Assembly (NCBI RefSeq): GCF_004010195.1
Contig: NC_057750.1
Span: 6,999,696-7,063,695, forward strand
Reading direction: 5' to 3'
Source: Chiloscyllium plagiosum
Lineage: Eukaryota
DNA length: 64,000 nucleotides
The notes below the pieces were generated by a model. It was given only the letters and a program-made list of their open reading frames with translations. It did not search any database and had not been told where the DNA came from. This document shows positions 47,786 through 61,243 of this stretch, in pieces (positions within the stretch are counted from its first letter, which is position 1; each line of letters starts with the position of its first letter). The translations under genes were made by a program, and so were the position numbers.

Positions 47786-50700
47786 TTCAAGCTTTTTTTG
47801 TGTGTGTGTCAGTTTCTGGGCGTGTGTGCATTTCCACCAGTTAATAACATGCTGCGGAATGGGATTAATTTCCTTGGGTTCGTGTTATAACCAGGGCACA
47901 AGTCCCTGCTGAGTGTTGCGTGTGAAACGCAATGGGCAAAGTTTCCCCACGCCTCGTGCACGAAAATCTTAATTTTTGTTTTCCAAGACGCGAATGCCTC
48001 CACTTAATTATGACAATATAGTTTAATTAAGGTTTTGTTTAATCCGCTGGGTTTGAATTCAGTGAGAGAGAGATCAGATTGAAACTTCTGTTTTTGATTC
48101 CGGTTTCCTCTTGAGTAGGGATTTTTTTTTAAAGTGGGCATTTGAAATGTGTGTGTGTTTTTTTTCCCCCCCTGAGTGTATTATACAGAAACATCAATTC
48201 CTAATTCTGTCATTGTCCTTGTACATGTTTCCCCTCCTGAGTTATTTGAAGAAACTTAATTTCAAGTGCACTTTTTTTCCAATTCTAGTTTCAAAACAAT
48301 GCAACATACCTCTTTAACCTGGGTTGTTAATTTGTTTAGTTGTTCAGTGCTGATTTTCGGAGGAGGAACACCTCTTTCATAGGTTCTATTTAGCCTGAGT
48401 TCGGTGGGGAATGTAATTAATGTGGTTTTGATGATGTTTTGTTACAAGAATTCTTGCAGAGTAGTAACCACAGCCTAGAATAAAGTATTAAACTGCAAGC
48501 AACCAACCCCCAGCCAACTTTCCCCTTGTTTATTCCATCGTCCCATCTCTTCCTTTTCTCTTTTACCCCCCCTTTTTTTTTTAACTTAGACACCATAGTG
48601 AAAGTCTTCTGATGCAGAAAATCTAAAAGTGTTTTTCAAACTTATTTTCTGTAATGGCTTAAACATGACTTCCTGAATCATTGTTTTCAACTCAGCTGCT
48701 TTATATTAGCCTTGGTTTTACAACCGGGTTTCTTGGTAACAAGAGAGTGTGTGTGTGTGTGTGTGTGTGCGTACACACCTTGTGTGTGTCTGCATTTAAA
48801 GTGTCCTTTTGTCACTTGGCTTAATTGTCCAGTTCCAGTTGCTGTGTGACATCACGGCATGTTTAAATAAGGGAAACAAATAGTTGGTGGGTGATGTGGA
48901 TTTCTTCCCAAAGAAGACATTCCTTGGATTAAACCCACGTCGCTTTTAATGTAATGAGTAACTGGTGCAGAGGTTTTTATTTCAAGAGACATTTGGTGTT
49001 ACTTGGCCATGTATGGAAGAGATTCCAAGGCAGGTAGAACTCAAGCTACATTGAAAATGAGAGTTAATGTTTCAAATCTGCAGACCCTGCATCAGGAGAG
49101 TCCTGATTCAGAGTAAGGGGTCTCTCTGTAAATCCATGGACCCAGGTTTGACAGATGGTGGAATTCAGTAAACGTCTGGAATTAACATTCTAATGTTGTT
49201 TGATGGAAAAACCCATCTGGTTCACTAATGCCGTTTGGAAGCCAGCTGCCATCCTTACTTGGTCTGACCTACTTGTGACTCCAGACCCGCAGTAATGTGT
49301 TTGACTCTCAACTGCCCTCTGGGCAATTAGGGATGGGCAATAAATGCTGGCCCAGCCAGTTACTGAATTAAAGAAAAAGTCCCCACCCATGGGAAACATC
49401 ATCTTGTCTGCACCAATTCTATACATCCCTTTTTTTTTTAAAAAAAGTATTTTCCCACATTTGTGTGGGGGAGACCCTCAGCTACAGGAGGCCACCTGAG
49501 ATGGCCTCCGTTCTATCAGCACCTCCAGCAAAGTTGCACTCCCTCGGTGCTGTGATGGGATCTTTGGCCTCGCTCCTACTTTCCTTCCTTCTAGTGAGAT
49601 TTCAGTCGGTAACCTTTGGACTCTAAAGGGACAACGCAAGCAATGAGTCATGGTCATTCAACCCTGAGCTCCCTCCCAAGCCGGATATGGAGCAGCTTCG
49701 ACATTTACTGTTTGAGTACAAAACTTTAACTAAGGTAGACTTTTACCTCTGAGGAAAGGCTGCGCCTGTCTCCTCGGCAGTTTAGTGGAAAGGATGGTTC
49801 CTCTTGTTGTAGATTCTCCCACAAGGGCGTGCTGTTTTAAAAATAAGGGGGCGCCCATTTAAAACAGACATGAGGGAACGTTTTATTTGTAAGGGTTGAG
49901 AGTCTTTGGAATTCCCTTCCTCAAGAGGCAGCGTCAGGGGAACCCAAAACCCAACCAGAAATGTAAAGGCATTACTTTTGATTTTTAGGGAGTGATGGGA
50001 GCTGCAGGTGAAAGCATAAACGTGCAGAATCTTTAAATGTGTTTAAGGCAGAGGGAGATCGATTCCCAATGACCGAGGGGGGTGAAGGAGTATCGGGAGG
50101 GGGTGTGCAGCAATGTAAAGCTGAGGTTCAAATCAGATCAGCTGCCATCTTAATGAATGGGGTAGCAGTCTGGAAGGGCAGAGCGGCCTACTCTTGTTCC
50201 TCTTTTTGTAGGTTAGACATCCCCTGGCGGGTGACTGTAATAAAATTAAATGATCAATGGGAATTGATCAAAATTAAAACACGATAACGTTACCCAGGGA
50301 GATGATCACTCCAGCCCTTCTGATACCCACTGGTCTCTGGACCCTCTGTGGTGCCAGTGGACACTGCATGCGCTCTCTTAATGGGTACCAAAGGTCAGAC
50401 ATAACTGCACAGTGGGGCAGCTACTTGCAGCCCCTGCACAGCCAAAACCTCAGCCCGTTGATGGCCACGTAGGCCAAGCTCGTGAGGAGATCCTCAGCTC
50501 TGTCTGCATCTCCCTCCCTCCTGCCCACCGGTAAGGAGTACGGGACCCAAAACCCAACCAAAAATGTGAAAGTGTTCTTTTTTTTTAGGGACTGCAGATG
50601 AAAGCATAACCGGGCCTCTCAGACTGCCCGTGACCTGACACCGCGTGAACCCGCTTAACCTTATGTTGCATTGGAGTGCCACCTGTGACACTGTCCAGCC

Positions 50701-50954
50701 CAGACTCACAGCGTTGCCCATACTTGCAGCGCTCAGATATAGCACAGGATAGATACAGAGCATTTCCCCATTGACACATTACCAGCCCGGTTAGATCGTG
50801 TTTTGTTCTGGGGTGGGATTGGGGATGTGGTACATGGCCCATTCTGCCCGGGTGACGTTGATGGTTTCCTTTCCCTCAGGGGTTTGAGTGTTGGACTCTG
50901 CAGTTGGTCAGACAGGGTGAGGAAAGCAGGTTCCCTGAAGGACATCTGGAGGAG

Positions 50955-51451
50955 CATCCAACTCTGGTTGCCCTGCTATAGGAAGGATGCTATTTAAAAT
51001 GGAGAGGGCTCAGAAGAGGTTTACCACGATGTTGCCAGGTCCAGAGGTTTTGAGTTATTGGGAGAGGCTGGGACTTGCTTCACTGGAGCGCAGGAGGCTG
51101 AGGGGTGACCTTTATAAATGTTTCTAAAATCATAAGGGGTATGGAAAGCAAAAGTCTTTTCCCCAGTGCAAGGGAGTCCAAAACCAGGCAACATATTTTT
51201 AAGGTGAGAGAAGAAAGGTTTGAAAAGGAAATGAAGGTCAACCTTTTTACACAGAGTGGCTCATATGAGGAATGAACTTCCTGAGGAAGTGGTGGATGCG
51301 GGTGCACTTACAACATTTTAAAAGATGGTTGGACAGGTACATGAATAAGAAATGTTTGGAGGTGGGAAATGCAGGAGGTGGGACTAGTTCAGTTTGGAAA
51401 CGTGGTCAGCATGGGCTAATTGGACCAAAGGATCTGTTTCCATGCTGTATG
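50955..51451 (+). mobile_element. CR1 3' fragment
   Basis: Homologous to the other CR1 3' ends in this window. Confidence 0.8.
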
Positions 51452-51549
51452 TCCTGATGAAGGGCTCATGCCCGAAACGTCGATTCTCCTGCTCCTCGGA
51501 TGCTGCCTGACCTGCTGCGCTTTTCCAGCGACACACTTTCAGCTCTGAC
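51452..51549 (+). mobile_element. Penelope-derived terminal repeat with hammerhead core, inserted in a CR1 tail
   Basis: CTGATGA-A-GGGC tcat GCCC-GAAA-CGTC at 51454-51481. Confidence 0.75.
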
Positions 51550-53756
51550 TCTTGGGCAACATTCCAGGTCGTTTTGTTGCCTCCATCCCCACAACAAGGA
51601 AAATTTTATGGCCTTCAATTTTCCCACTTCCCTCGGTGTGTTTGCTGTCTCGCTCCTTGGATTGTTCCATCGCTGCCACCACCTGCGGAACAGGCTGGAG
51701 GGGTTGGATGGCCTACTTGTGTTCCTAAGCCGTGCAACCCCGCAGTGCAGCCTGCATTTACATGGCGCTGTTTAATATTGTGAAATGTCCTGAGGTGACT
51801 CCCAGGAGTGTGCTTGGACGTGCTGCTATAACGTGCATTTTGTTAACCCGACTGACGAACTGGGGACGCTGTTTCTGAGTTTTAAATTGTGTGCTGGTTA
51901 TGACACAATTCCAGCAACCTGTTAGACTATAACCTGGTGTGGTGTGATTTTTAACTTTGTACACCCCAGTCCAACACCGGCATCTCCAAATCATAGTTTA
52001 AATGTAGTTGCTATTACGGAGATGTCTAAAATCACAAGGCTCCTGGACAGAGTAGATTGGCAAAGGGGACACTAACTTTTTGGGCCGAAGGGCCCAAAGG
52101 GATAATTTTCTTATAGCACAGGGTTGCATGAGAACAGAATGTTACCGTGTTAAAGCAGAACTGGCTGTAGACTGTCACTGAGGTATTGGGACGATGCAGT
52201 TGGCTTTAGTAAAGCAGGAGATTGTGGTGGAGAGGCAGAGCTTTGCTTCACCCAGTGGAGAGAGCTGATGCAGGATACAACCAGAGCCGAGTTTGTACGT
52301 GCTTTACTAGCCTTTGGTGGCAGAAACTCACTGTGCCAGCTTGCACCTCCAAACGCAACAGCGCCATTTGTTTGGGAATTGAATATGAATACAGGCACCC
52401 AATTAATGCCCACTTGGCAAGGTTTAGGAAGAAAATTCTAGAGCTTGGCGCAGAGGCAGCTGACAATAGGGGAAAGATGCTCCTAACGTTCAGCAGAATA
52501 GGAGGCTGATGGTACTGAGGCTGGTTCTCTCCGAGCTAGTCCCACTCACCTGCCTTCTCCTCGCGGTCTGCAAATTTGTTCTCCTCTGGGAACGGTTAAA
52601 TTCTCTTTTTTGAAAGCCCCAAATAATCTGCACACTCGGGCTGCGCATTCCAGAGTCTAACCACTTGCTGTGCAAAAGAACTCCTTTCTTGTGATGCTCT
52701 TCGTTGTTTTCCTGGTGATGATTTAGATTAGATTCCCTACAGCGTATGAAAATGGGCCCTTCGGCCCAACAAGTCCACACCAACCCTTTTGAAGAGTAAC
52801 CCATCCAGACCCATTCCCCTACCCTATATTTACCCCTGACTAATGCACTTAACATTATGGGGAACTTAGCATGGCCAAGTCACCTGACCTTCACATCTTT
52901 GGATTGTGGGAGGAAACCCACGCAGACACGAGGAGAACATGCAGAATTCACAAAAGCAGTCATCTGGAGCTAGAATCGAACCCAGGACCATGGTGCTGTG
53001 AGGCAACAGTGCCAACCATTGAGCCACTGTGCTGCCCCCACTGATCTTAAGTTAGTGTCCCCTTTGCCAATCTACTCTGTCCAAGAGCCTTGTGATTTTA
53101 GACATCTCCATCAGATCTCCCTTATAATGGGTTAATCCCCATTTTCACCAATCTATCTACGCAATTACTGTCTCCTGCCATCAAAACATTGAGGTTCCTC
53201 TCAACCTGTCTGCAACCCTTAGTGTCTTTTCTTCATTTTAAGAGTGACGTGCTCAGAATTGTAATTGTCAATCTATCGTAGAATCTCAACAGTGTGGAAG
53301 CAGGCCACTTGACCCATTTGAGTCAATCCAGACACACCCTACTACCTTATCCCCATCACCCTACATCTCCTATGGGGCAACCCACCTAACCTGCACATCC
53401 TTGGACACTGTGTGGGCAATTTAGCATGGTCAATCCACTCTAACCTGCACATCTTTGGACTGTAGGAGGAAACCCACGCTGACACGGGGAGAATGTCTGT
53501 GTGGAGTTTGCACAGTCAGCTGAAGGTGAAATTGGACCCAGGTCCCTGGTGCTGGGAGGCAGCAGTGCCAACCACTGAACCACCACGCCACTCCTTCTGT
53601 TAATAAAGTCGGGAATTGAAAGCTGGTCTCGGTGATAGTCACCAAGAAGCAATGGGATTATTGTTGGGAAAAACCCATCTGCTTCAGTAATGTCCTCTTT
53701 AGAAAGGGGAAATCTGGCCCAGTCTGGGCCAATGTGTGACTCCAGACTCTACAACT

Positions 53757-54060
53757 GCGGTACGGTGGCACAGTGGTTAGCACTGCTGCCTCACAGCGCC
53801 AGAGACCCGGGTTCAATTCCCGCCTCAGGCGACTGACTGTGTGGAGTTTGCACGTTCTCCCCGTGTCTGCGTGGGTTTCCTCTGGGTGCTCCGGTTTCCT
53901 CCCACAGTCCAAAGATGTGCAAGTCAGGTGAATTGGCCACACTAAATTGCCTGTAGTGTTAGGTAAGGGGTAAATTTAGGGGTATGGGTGGGTTTCGCTT
54001 CGGCGGGTCGGTGTGGACTTGTTGGGCCGAAGGGCCTGTTTCCACACTGTAATGTAATCT
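53757..54060 (+). mobile_element. HE1-type SINE (young, near full length)
   Basis: Near identical to 19710-20008. Confidence 0.92.
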
Positions 54061-54893
54061 TAAAAAAAAAACTGCCCTCTGAAATGGCCCAAGCAAGCCA
54101 GTTGATTCGGGGGCAGTTAGGAATGGACAGCAAACACTGGCTCTGCCAAGAATGCATACGTCCCATGAAAGAAATTAAAGAATTGAGATGCTGTTAAAAC
54201 AAAATAAGTAAATTGTTTGGTGCTACGCAGAACTTTGTTTGTACTGAACGCCTTCTCTTGTTCTGGGAGTCTCCTGAACTGTCTCCAAGGCTCCGTGGAT
54301 CTCCGTTTGTGAATCCCTGTTTTAACGTTACAGGGACCCATTCCATTTCTGAACCATTTAAAACAGCTGCGAAGCTCTTTGGAAATGCCCCCATGGTTGT
54401 GAAAGGCACAATAAGTTTTCATCACCACACAGCTGGTGGGTGCAAGTTGCTTTAACGTTTTTGAGTCAATCGATTTCAACACAGACATTGCACCAGAAAC
54501 AATGGAACTGAGGAAATAAAGAATGATTATATTTGTGCACCACTGACTGTGGTGTGTGTGTGTGTCCGTATCCCCCGCCAACAGGTCCACACCGACCCTC
54601 CGAAGCATAACGCACCCAAACCCATTCCCCTACATTTTACTCCTTCACCTAACACTACGGGCACTATAGCATGGCCAATCCACCTAACCTGCACATTTTT
54701 GGATTGTGGGAGGAAACCCACGCAGACACGGGGAGAATGTGCAAACTCCACACAGTCAGTCGCCTGAGGTGGGAATTGAACCTGGGTCTCTGCCGCTGTG
54801 AGGCAACAGTGCTAACCACTGTGTAATAATTCTTGGAGAAAGCAAACTAACCGTGAATGTGTGCACTGAACTTGAAGATGTGTTGGTTAGGGT

Positions 54894-54988
54894 GGAATGG
54901 CTGTGCAAAATTGTTCCATAGCGTCCAGTGATGTGCCATGGGAATGGCTGTGCAAAATTGTTCCATAGCGTCCAGTGATGTGCCATGG
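54894..54988 (+). repeat. Tandem duplication of about 47 bp inside a SINE
   Basis: ggaatggctgtgcaaaattgttccatagcgtccagtgatgtgccatgg occurs twice. Confidence 0.9.
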
Positions 54989-55124
54989 AAAATGTAGGGT
55001 TAGAGGGATTGTGTAGGGGCTGGGTCTGGTTGGGATGCTTATCGGAGGGTCAGTGTGGATTCGATGGGCCAAATAGCCTGCTCCTACACTGTAGGGATTG
55101 TATGTGAATTTGAATTCCATCATA

Positions 55125-55517
55125 GTGACTTATAGAGTTATAGAGATGTACAGCATGGAAACAGACCCTATGGTTCAACTTGTCCATGCTGACCAGATAT
55201 CCTGAGTTAATCTATTCCCATTTGCCAGCACTTGGCCCATATCCCTCTCGACCCTTCCTATTCACATACACACCAGATGCCTTTTAAATGCTGTAATTGT
55301 ACCAGCCTCCACCACTTCCTCTGGCAGCTCATTCTCATACACACGCTACCCTCTGTCTGAAAAAGTTGCCCCTTAGGTCCCTTTTAAATCTCCCCCACCC
55401 CCCACCCTAAACCTATGCCCTCTAGTTCTGGATTCCCCAACCCCAGGAAAAGACCTTGACTATTCACCCTATTCATGCCCCTCATGGTATTATAAAACTC
55501 TAAAAGGTCACCCCTCA
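55125..55517 (-). mobile_element. CR1 3' fragment
   Basis: Reverse-complement match to the CR1 3' UTR at 17600-18000. Confidence 0.88.
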
Positions 55518-56796
55518 GATTTGAGCCAAAGTCTCAAGTATTGCCCGCTCCTCTGGATGACCCCAGTATGACCTCTGTGTGCTTTATTGTAAAGTTGAAA
55601 TGTTGGAGGTGGTCCTTCTAGTTCCCAATGCTCTTCAGTGAAATGAGACGGGGGGGAACAAGCACAGATGGAGAAACTGGAATGACCGTGTGAGTTGGTG
55701 TGAGTTGTCACAGTGTGATATTTGCTGAATGTTTTCCTGTGGAGTGAGCTTACACTATAGTGGGTAGTGGTAGACTGGCACAGCTTTTCCATTCAGTAAG
55801 ATCATTCTAACGATGACCTTCACTTTGCTTGCTCCCACTTGCCGTGAAGTCATATCAAGTCTTTATCTAACCTCTCTTTTTAATGATTCAGCCTCTCACA
55901 GCTCTCGGGAAGAGAATTCCAAATCCCTCCTGACTAAATGCGCCGCATTTTCCACCCTAAATTGCAAACTCCTTTTGAAGTTATACCTGCCCCCACCATT
56001 CTAAATTTCCCACCCCAGGAGGGTAACAACCATTTAGCATCTAAACACCCCCACCAAGAGCTCCCTTAGGATTTACATGTCTCAGCGCGACCAGCCCAGC
56101 TCCCCCCATTCTCCTGAACTGCAGTGAGGACAGAGAAAGAGAGCTCTCTCATCCCAGGAATCAGTTGGGTCAACTTCCTCTCTGAACCTGAAGATGTGCA
56201 GGTTAGGGTGGATTGGCCATGCTAAATTGGCCCTGTAGTGTCCAGGGATGTGCCATGGGAAATCTAGGGTTACAGGGATCGTGTAGGGGCTGGGTGGTTA
56301 GGATGCTTATCGGAGGGTCAGTGTGGACTTGATGGGCCAAATGGTCTGCATGGATCAAGATAATTTTTCTTTTTTTTTCCCCCCCAAGGGCTTTTCTTCA
56401 AACTTTGAGGGCTACATTTTCCTTCTCACTCTCTCCTTTTTTCGGGACAATGCTGTCATTTTGGGGCACCCTACGGGGTTTTAAATTCACTCCCAAAGCA
56501 GAATTAGAATCATTCGTCAGTATCCCCATCATTATTGATTCTCCAAAATGAACTCTATGCTGACTGGAGCTCAGCAGCTTTAATTTCCTTGGCACCACGG
56601 TGTTAAGAAGGGCCTGTGCCCGAAATGTCGTATCTCCTGTTCCCTGGATGCTGCCTGACCTGCTGTGCTGTTCCAGCAATAAAGTTTCAACTTTGATCTC
56701 CAGCATCTGCAGACCTCACTTTCTCCACCACGGTATTAATGCCAACAAGCGACAACAGCCCTACATTAGCAATTGAGGGTATTTTTATCTCCAATG

Positions 56797-56988
56797 CGGT
56801 CAGTTCTTCTGTAATGCGATGGTTGCATTCATGTGCAGCCCTTCTTTATAGAAAAATCTCACTTCAGAAACAGCGCTTGAAGTGCTGGCGATGTAGTCCC
56901 GTTACAGCCAACGCACGTTTTAAAGGTCCCCAATTCGTCAATCAGCGAATTCGGGTTGATGAGACGTGCGTTATAGCAGAATGACCTG
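56797..56988. mobile_element. Tigger-like MITE remnant
   Basis: Imperfect terminal inverted repeats cggtcagttcttctgtaatgcg / cgttatagcagaatgacctg followed by TA; a related half-copy lies at about 52105-52168. Confidence 0.55.
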
Positions 56989-58024
56989 TAACTGACCACA
57001 CGTTGCAACTCAATGTGACATCAGGTTTCCCTGGCTCCCAGTTAGCAAGGTATTGCTTTGTTGGTAGTCATTTCCCCCCACCACCCAATCTCTCGCCCTC
57101 TCCTGGCCTAAGCTGGACTTGTCTGTCCCAAATTACATTGCAAAAGCTTTTTTTTTAAAAAAACAATTATTCACAATTGCAACATATAAAAGGCATTTGG
57201 ATGGGTATATAAATAGGAAGGGTTTGAAGGGAAATGGGCCAGGGCTGGCAGGTGGGACTAAATTAAGTTGGGATATCTGGTCGGCATGGACAAGCTGGAC
57301 TGAAGGGTCTGTTTCTGTGCTGTATATCTCTAATACATGGGATCTGGGTGTCAGTGACTAGGCCAGTATTTATTACCCCCAAAGGTGGGGGTGAGCTGCC
57401 TTCTTGAACCTCTGCAGTCCACGAGCTGTCAGGGCACTCACAATGTCCCTTGGTGAGGGAATTCCAGGATTCTGACCCAGTGACACTGAGGGGACGGCGA
57501 TATATTTCCAAGTCAGGATGGTGAGTGGCTCAGAGGGAAACTTGCAAGGGGTGGTGTTCCCATGTATCTGCTGCCCTTGTCCTTCTAGATGGAAGTGGTC
57601 GTGGGTTTGGAAGGTGCTGTCTGAGGAGCCTTGGTGATAACATTTGTTTATAAAGTATCTGGTTTGCAAAGAGCTTGGCAGGCCAATGTTAAAATCTGCT
57701 GATAACACTGCAACATAATTGCAGTGGAACACAGCAACTTGAGTGATCTGTTGTTTTTGTGGTCTTTGAATTGACTCAAAGAAATGAGGCCATTAGACCC
57801 ACAAGCCTATATTCTTCCTGTGCATGAAATTCTATGTCTGCCTGTCGTTTCTTGGACTCTGTCAATGTTGCCATCTGTGTCTTTCTCATTAAGCTGCTCC
57901 TGGATTGATTGATCTTCGTGTGCGCATGTTCCTTTTCGGCCTAGTCTCATTGACTCTCCTTGGCATTTGAATGTTATTTATGTCCTTCCAATTTACCTCA
58001 TGTGTATGCTGCCTGTGTTCTTTA

Positions 58025-58368
58025 GAATCATGAGGGGCATGGCTAAGGTGAATAGGCAAGGCCTTTTTCCCCAAGGGTCGGGGAGTCCAGAGGGCACAGG
58101 TTTAAGGTGAGAGGAGAAAAAATTTAAAAGGCGCCTGAGGGGCAACTTTTTCACACAGAGGGTGGTACGTGTATGGAACGAACTGCCAGAGGAAGTGGTG
58201 GAGGCTGGTACAATTACAACATTTAAGAGGCATCTGGATGGGTATATGAATAGGAAGGGCTTAAAGGGATAGGGACCAAGTGCTGGCAAATGGGACTAGA
58301 TTAATTTAGAACACGTGGTCGGCATGGACGAGTTGGGCCGAAGGGCCTGTTTCTGAGCTTGATGACTC
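58025..58368 (+). mobile_element. CR1 3' fragment
   Basis: Matches the CR1 3' end at 17640-17990. Confidence 0.88.
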
Positions 58369-59497
58369 TGTCCCTTGCCTTTTGAAGCTCCTGGAGTTGG
58401 CACCTGACTTTCATGTCGTGCATCGATTGGCCACTTTGTTGTGAGGGAGGAGCCAAAATAGTTCACCACCGGGAGCTCTCCTTCTGCCAATTGGTATTTG
58501 GGTAACCACACTGCAGGGGCTGTCTGGAGTGGGGTTTGAGCTCTGCACTTCCTGTCTCTGACGTGCCGATGCTGTCAGCCAGCACATGGTTTGGTGTAAT
58601 GTTACTCTGTGTGTGTGTGTGTATCTGAGTCAAACGTGTGGCGCTGGAAAAGCACAGCCGGTCAGGCAGCATCCGAGGAGCAGGAGAGTCGACGTTTCAA
58701 GGAGAGCTTAATCAGATGCTGCCTGACCTGCAGTGCTTTTCCAGCACCACACTTTTCAACTCTGGTCTCCAGCATCTGCAGCCCTCACGTTGTGTCTGAC
58801 TGTCTGTCAATTAGTCAGACACAGCATTCCTCCAGACTGCTGTTTGACTGGATTATAGGTTGCTCTCTCACACTACTGGACTGGGTGTGGCTGTTGGCTG
58901 CCTATCCCAAATTGCCCTTGGCCCCAAGTACTTTTTTGGGGCTGTTTCAGAGGGCAGTTAAGAGTCCACCGCGTGCCAGTGCGTCTAGTGATCTCGCCGG
59001 ACAATTAATCCCGCGACCCGGGGAATGTTTTGGGAACTGGGTCCAAGTACCACCAGACAGTAGAGCTTCAGTTCAACAAAAATCTGGGACTCGGAGTCTG
59101 CTGGTGAGATTAATGCCTTTTGTTGGGGGGGAGAGGGGGTAAACCCCATCTGGAATCTGCCATCCTTACCCACTCTGGCCTACACACAACTCCAGACCCA
59201 CAGGAATGTGACTGACTCTTAGCTGCCCCCTGGGCTATTAATGATGAACAATGACTGCTGACCCAGCCAGTGGGACTCTAATCATCTGTCTCAAAACCAT
59301 CAATCTCAGACTTGAACTTAAATGCTGAGCTCCCCCAGTCCTTGCGCAAAGAATTCCTGTGATTCACCACTTTCTGAGTGAAATTCATGTGTGATTAACT
59401 CAGAAAACATCAAGGAACAGGCCTCTCTAATCAGAAGGTTCACAGCCGCACAGTGCATGGGCACTGTTTCAGTTAGCTGTGTTTCTTTTTGACTTGA

Positions 59498-59693
59498 AGA
59501 TGTCGGTGTTGGACTGGGGTGGACAAAGTTAAAAATCACACAATACCAGGTTATAGTCCAACAGGTTTAAATTGGAAGCACTAGCTTTCTGAGTGCTGCC
59601 CCTTCATCACATGGTTGTGGCCAGCGCTCCGAAAGCTAGTGCTTCCAAATAAACCTGTTGGACTATAACCTGGTGTCGTGCGATTTTTAACTT
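59498..59693. mobile_element. Palindromic MER6-like/Penelope-derived element
   Basis: Arms ccaggttatagtccaacaggttt..ggaagcactagcttt / aaagctagtgcttccaaataaacctgttggactataacctgg. Same family at 9914-10115, 12777-12948, 18980-19147, 42388-42497 and 51915-51994. Confidence 0.75.
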
Positions 59694-60199
59694 TTTTTTT
59701 GATGCATGCACCCTTGGTGACTCAGTGACTTCTGTACAACGTGGCATGTATTTACCTGAACCGAGTGTGTGTGTGCGCGCGCGCGCAGCATTTTCTGCTC
59801 AAGTTAGTTGTATGATTTTTCTGTTTATTCACTTGTGGGTGTCAACTATTGAAGGATCGGCGATGTATTTCCAAATCAGGATGGTGAGTGGAGGGGAACT
59901 TGCAGGGGGTGGCGTTCCCGTGTATCTGCTGCCCCTTGTCCTTTGAGATAATGTGGCTGCAATGGTGTTGACAGACGACACTGCATCAATCACTCACTCG
60001 CACTGGACAGTGCTGCTCTGGCACAGTGAGGAGTTCCTCCACGGAGGTTAAAGTGAACTGTTGGAGCAGAGGGAGACCATTTTAAGCTTTGTATCTGATC
60101 TGGTTACTACTGAGCATGAACCCCCGCCCTTCCATGCTTGCCCACCCGTTCCGACATTCCCAACTGTCCTCCTTGGAGCCAAGCCTCTACCAGTGAGAT

Positions 60200-60560
60200 C
60201 TTCAGGACCCAGGGAATAGTCCCAGTGGTGATGAATGCCATGATATTTTTGGAAGTGGTGTTTGAACAGGGACCCCATCCCCCACCCCTTCCAGCCCCGG
60301 TGGGTTGTGAAGGATCCCATGGCCAAGGTTCTGAAACAGACCAGAGGATCCCCGCCCTGGTGTTCCCCGATTGACATTTACCCCTTGATCGGCTTCACAA
60401 AGGGATGATGATGATTGTTGCTTTGCTGTTGGTGGGAGCTTGCTGTGCGCGCATTGGCTGTCGTGTTCACCGCGTTGTAACAGCGACCGCGGTACCTGGC
60501 TGTAAAGCACTTTGGAATGGGCTGAGGTGGTGAAAGGTGCTTTGTAAATGCAAGCTCTCC
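60200..60560 (-). mobile_element. Ancient tRNA SINE (SacSINE1/DeuSINE-like)
   Basis: Contains ctttgctgttggtgggagcttgctgtgcgcgcattggctg...aagcactttgg. Related copies lie near 1370-1745, 11400-11700, 15910-16270, 22440-22745 and 24075-24400; orientation and family assignment are from recall. Confidence 0.5.
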
Positions 60561-61243
60561 TGTAGCAGTTATCGGAGACCGCGATTGGTGGGGTCAGAAC
60601 AGAGCACAGCCCAAGGCTGTTATAGATCTGCAATTAAGGAACGACTGGACAGACACAAAATCGAAAGAGATGGTATTGATAATTGGTTTCCCTCTGCTCC
60701 TCCATTCCTCTGTGTGTCTCTCTCTTTCCCCCCACCCCAGCTGTGTTATATTTGAGCTTCTCTTTATTGTGGCCTCAAATGTTCCTGATTTTAATGGTTC
60801 CCCTCTCAGCTCGGAGCTGCCTGCACCCTCCCTCGGCCTCTCCTCACCTCGAAGCCTGGATCAAAGAGCTTCGCTCATCCTCGTTATCTGACTCTGTGAT
60901 TAAATTCACCAGCATGGAGCTTTCTGGAGGATCTGACTTTGTTACATTCACTGAATCCGTGAAATTTTATTTGAATCCATTGAATTAAAAATGTGCTGAA
61001 CAGTGGGGAAGGATCGAAGTTGTGTCTCCTGAGTTCAGGCGGGGTTGGATTTGACAGACTCAGCATTGGCCATTTCCTCTGTTTTGTGTTAAAGTAAAAG
61101 GAACCACAGCATCATGCACTCTCTCAGTCTCTGCTCTCAGCCGCACAAACATATGAAGCCATTTCAGTAAAGATCTTCCTCCCTCAGAGCATCCTTTTTA
61201 GCTGCTCCCCTCTCAGTTGACTGACTAGATTGTTGTGTGTGTA

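Noticed and set aside
49936..50610. Short diverged direct repeat (cccaaaacccaacca..tttttaggga..gaaagcataa) at about 49940 and 50545
   Set aside because: Probably a small local duplication; too short to interpret.
54117..59142. Longer ORFs of 163 aa (54117-54608) and 177 aa (58609-59142)
   Set aside because: They are partly made of SINE or Penelope repeat sequence and show no recognisable domain or convincing splice context.
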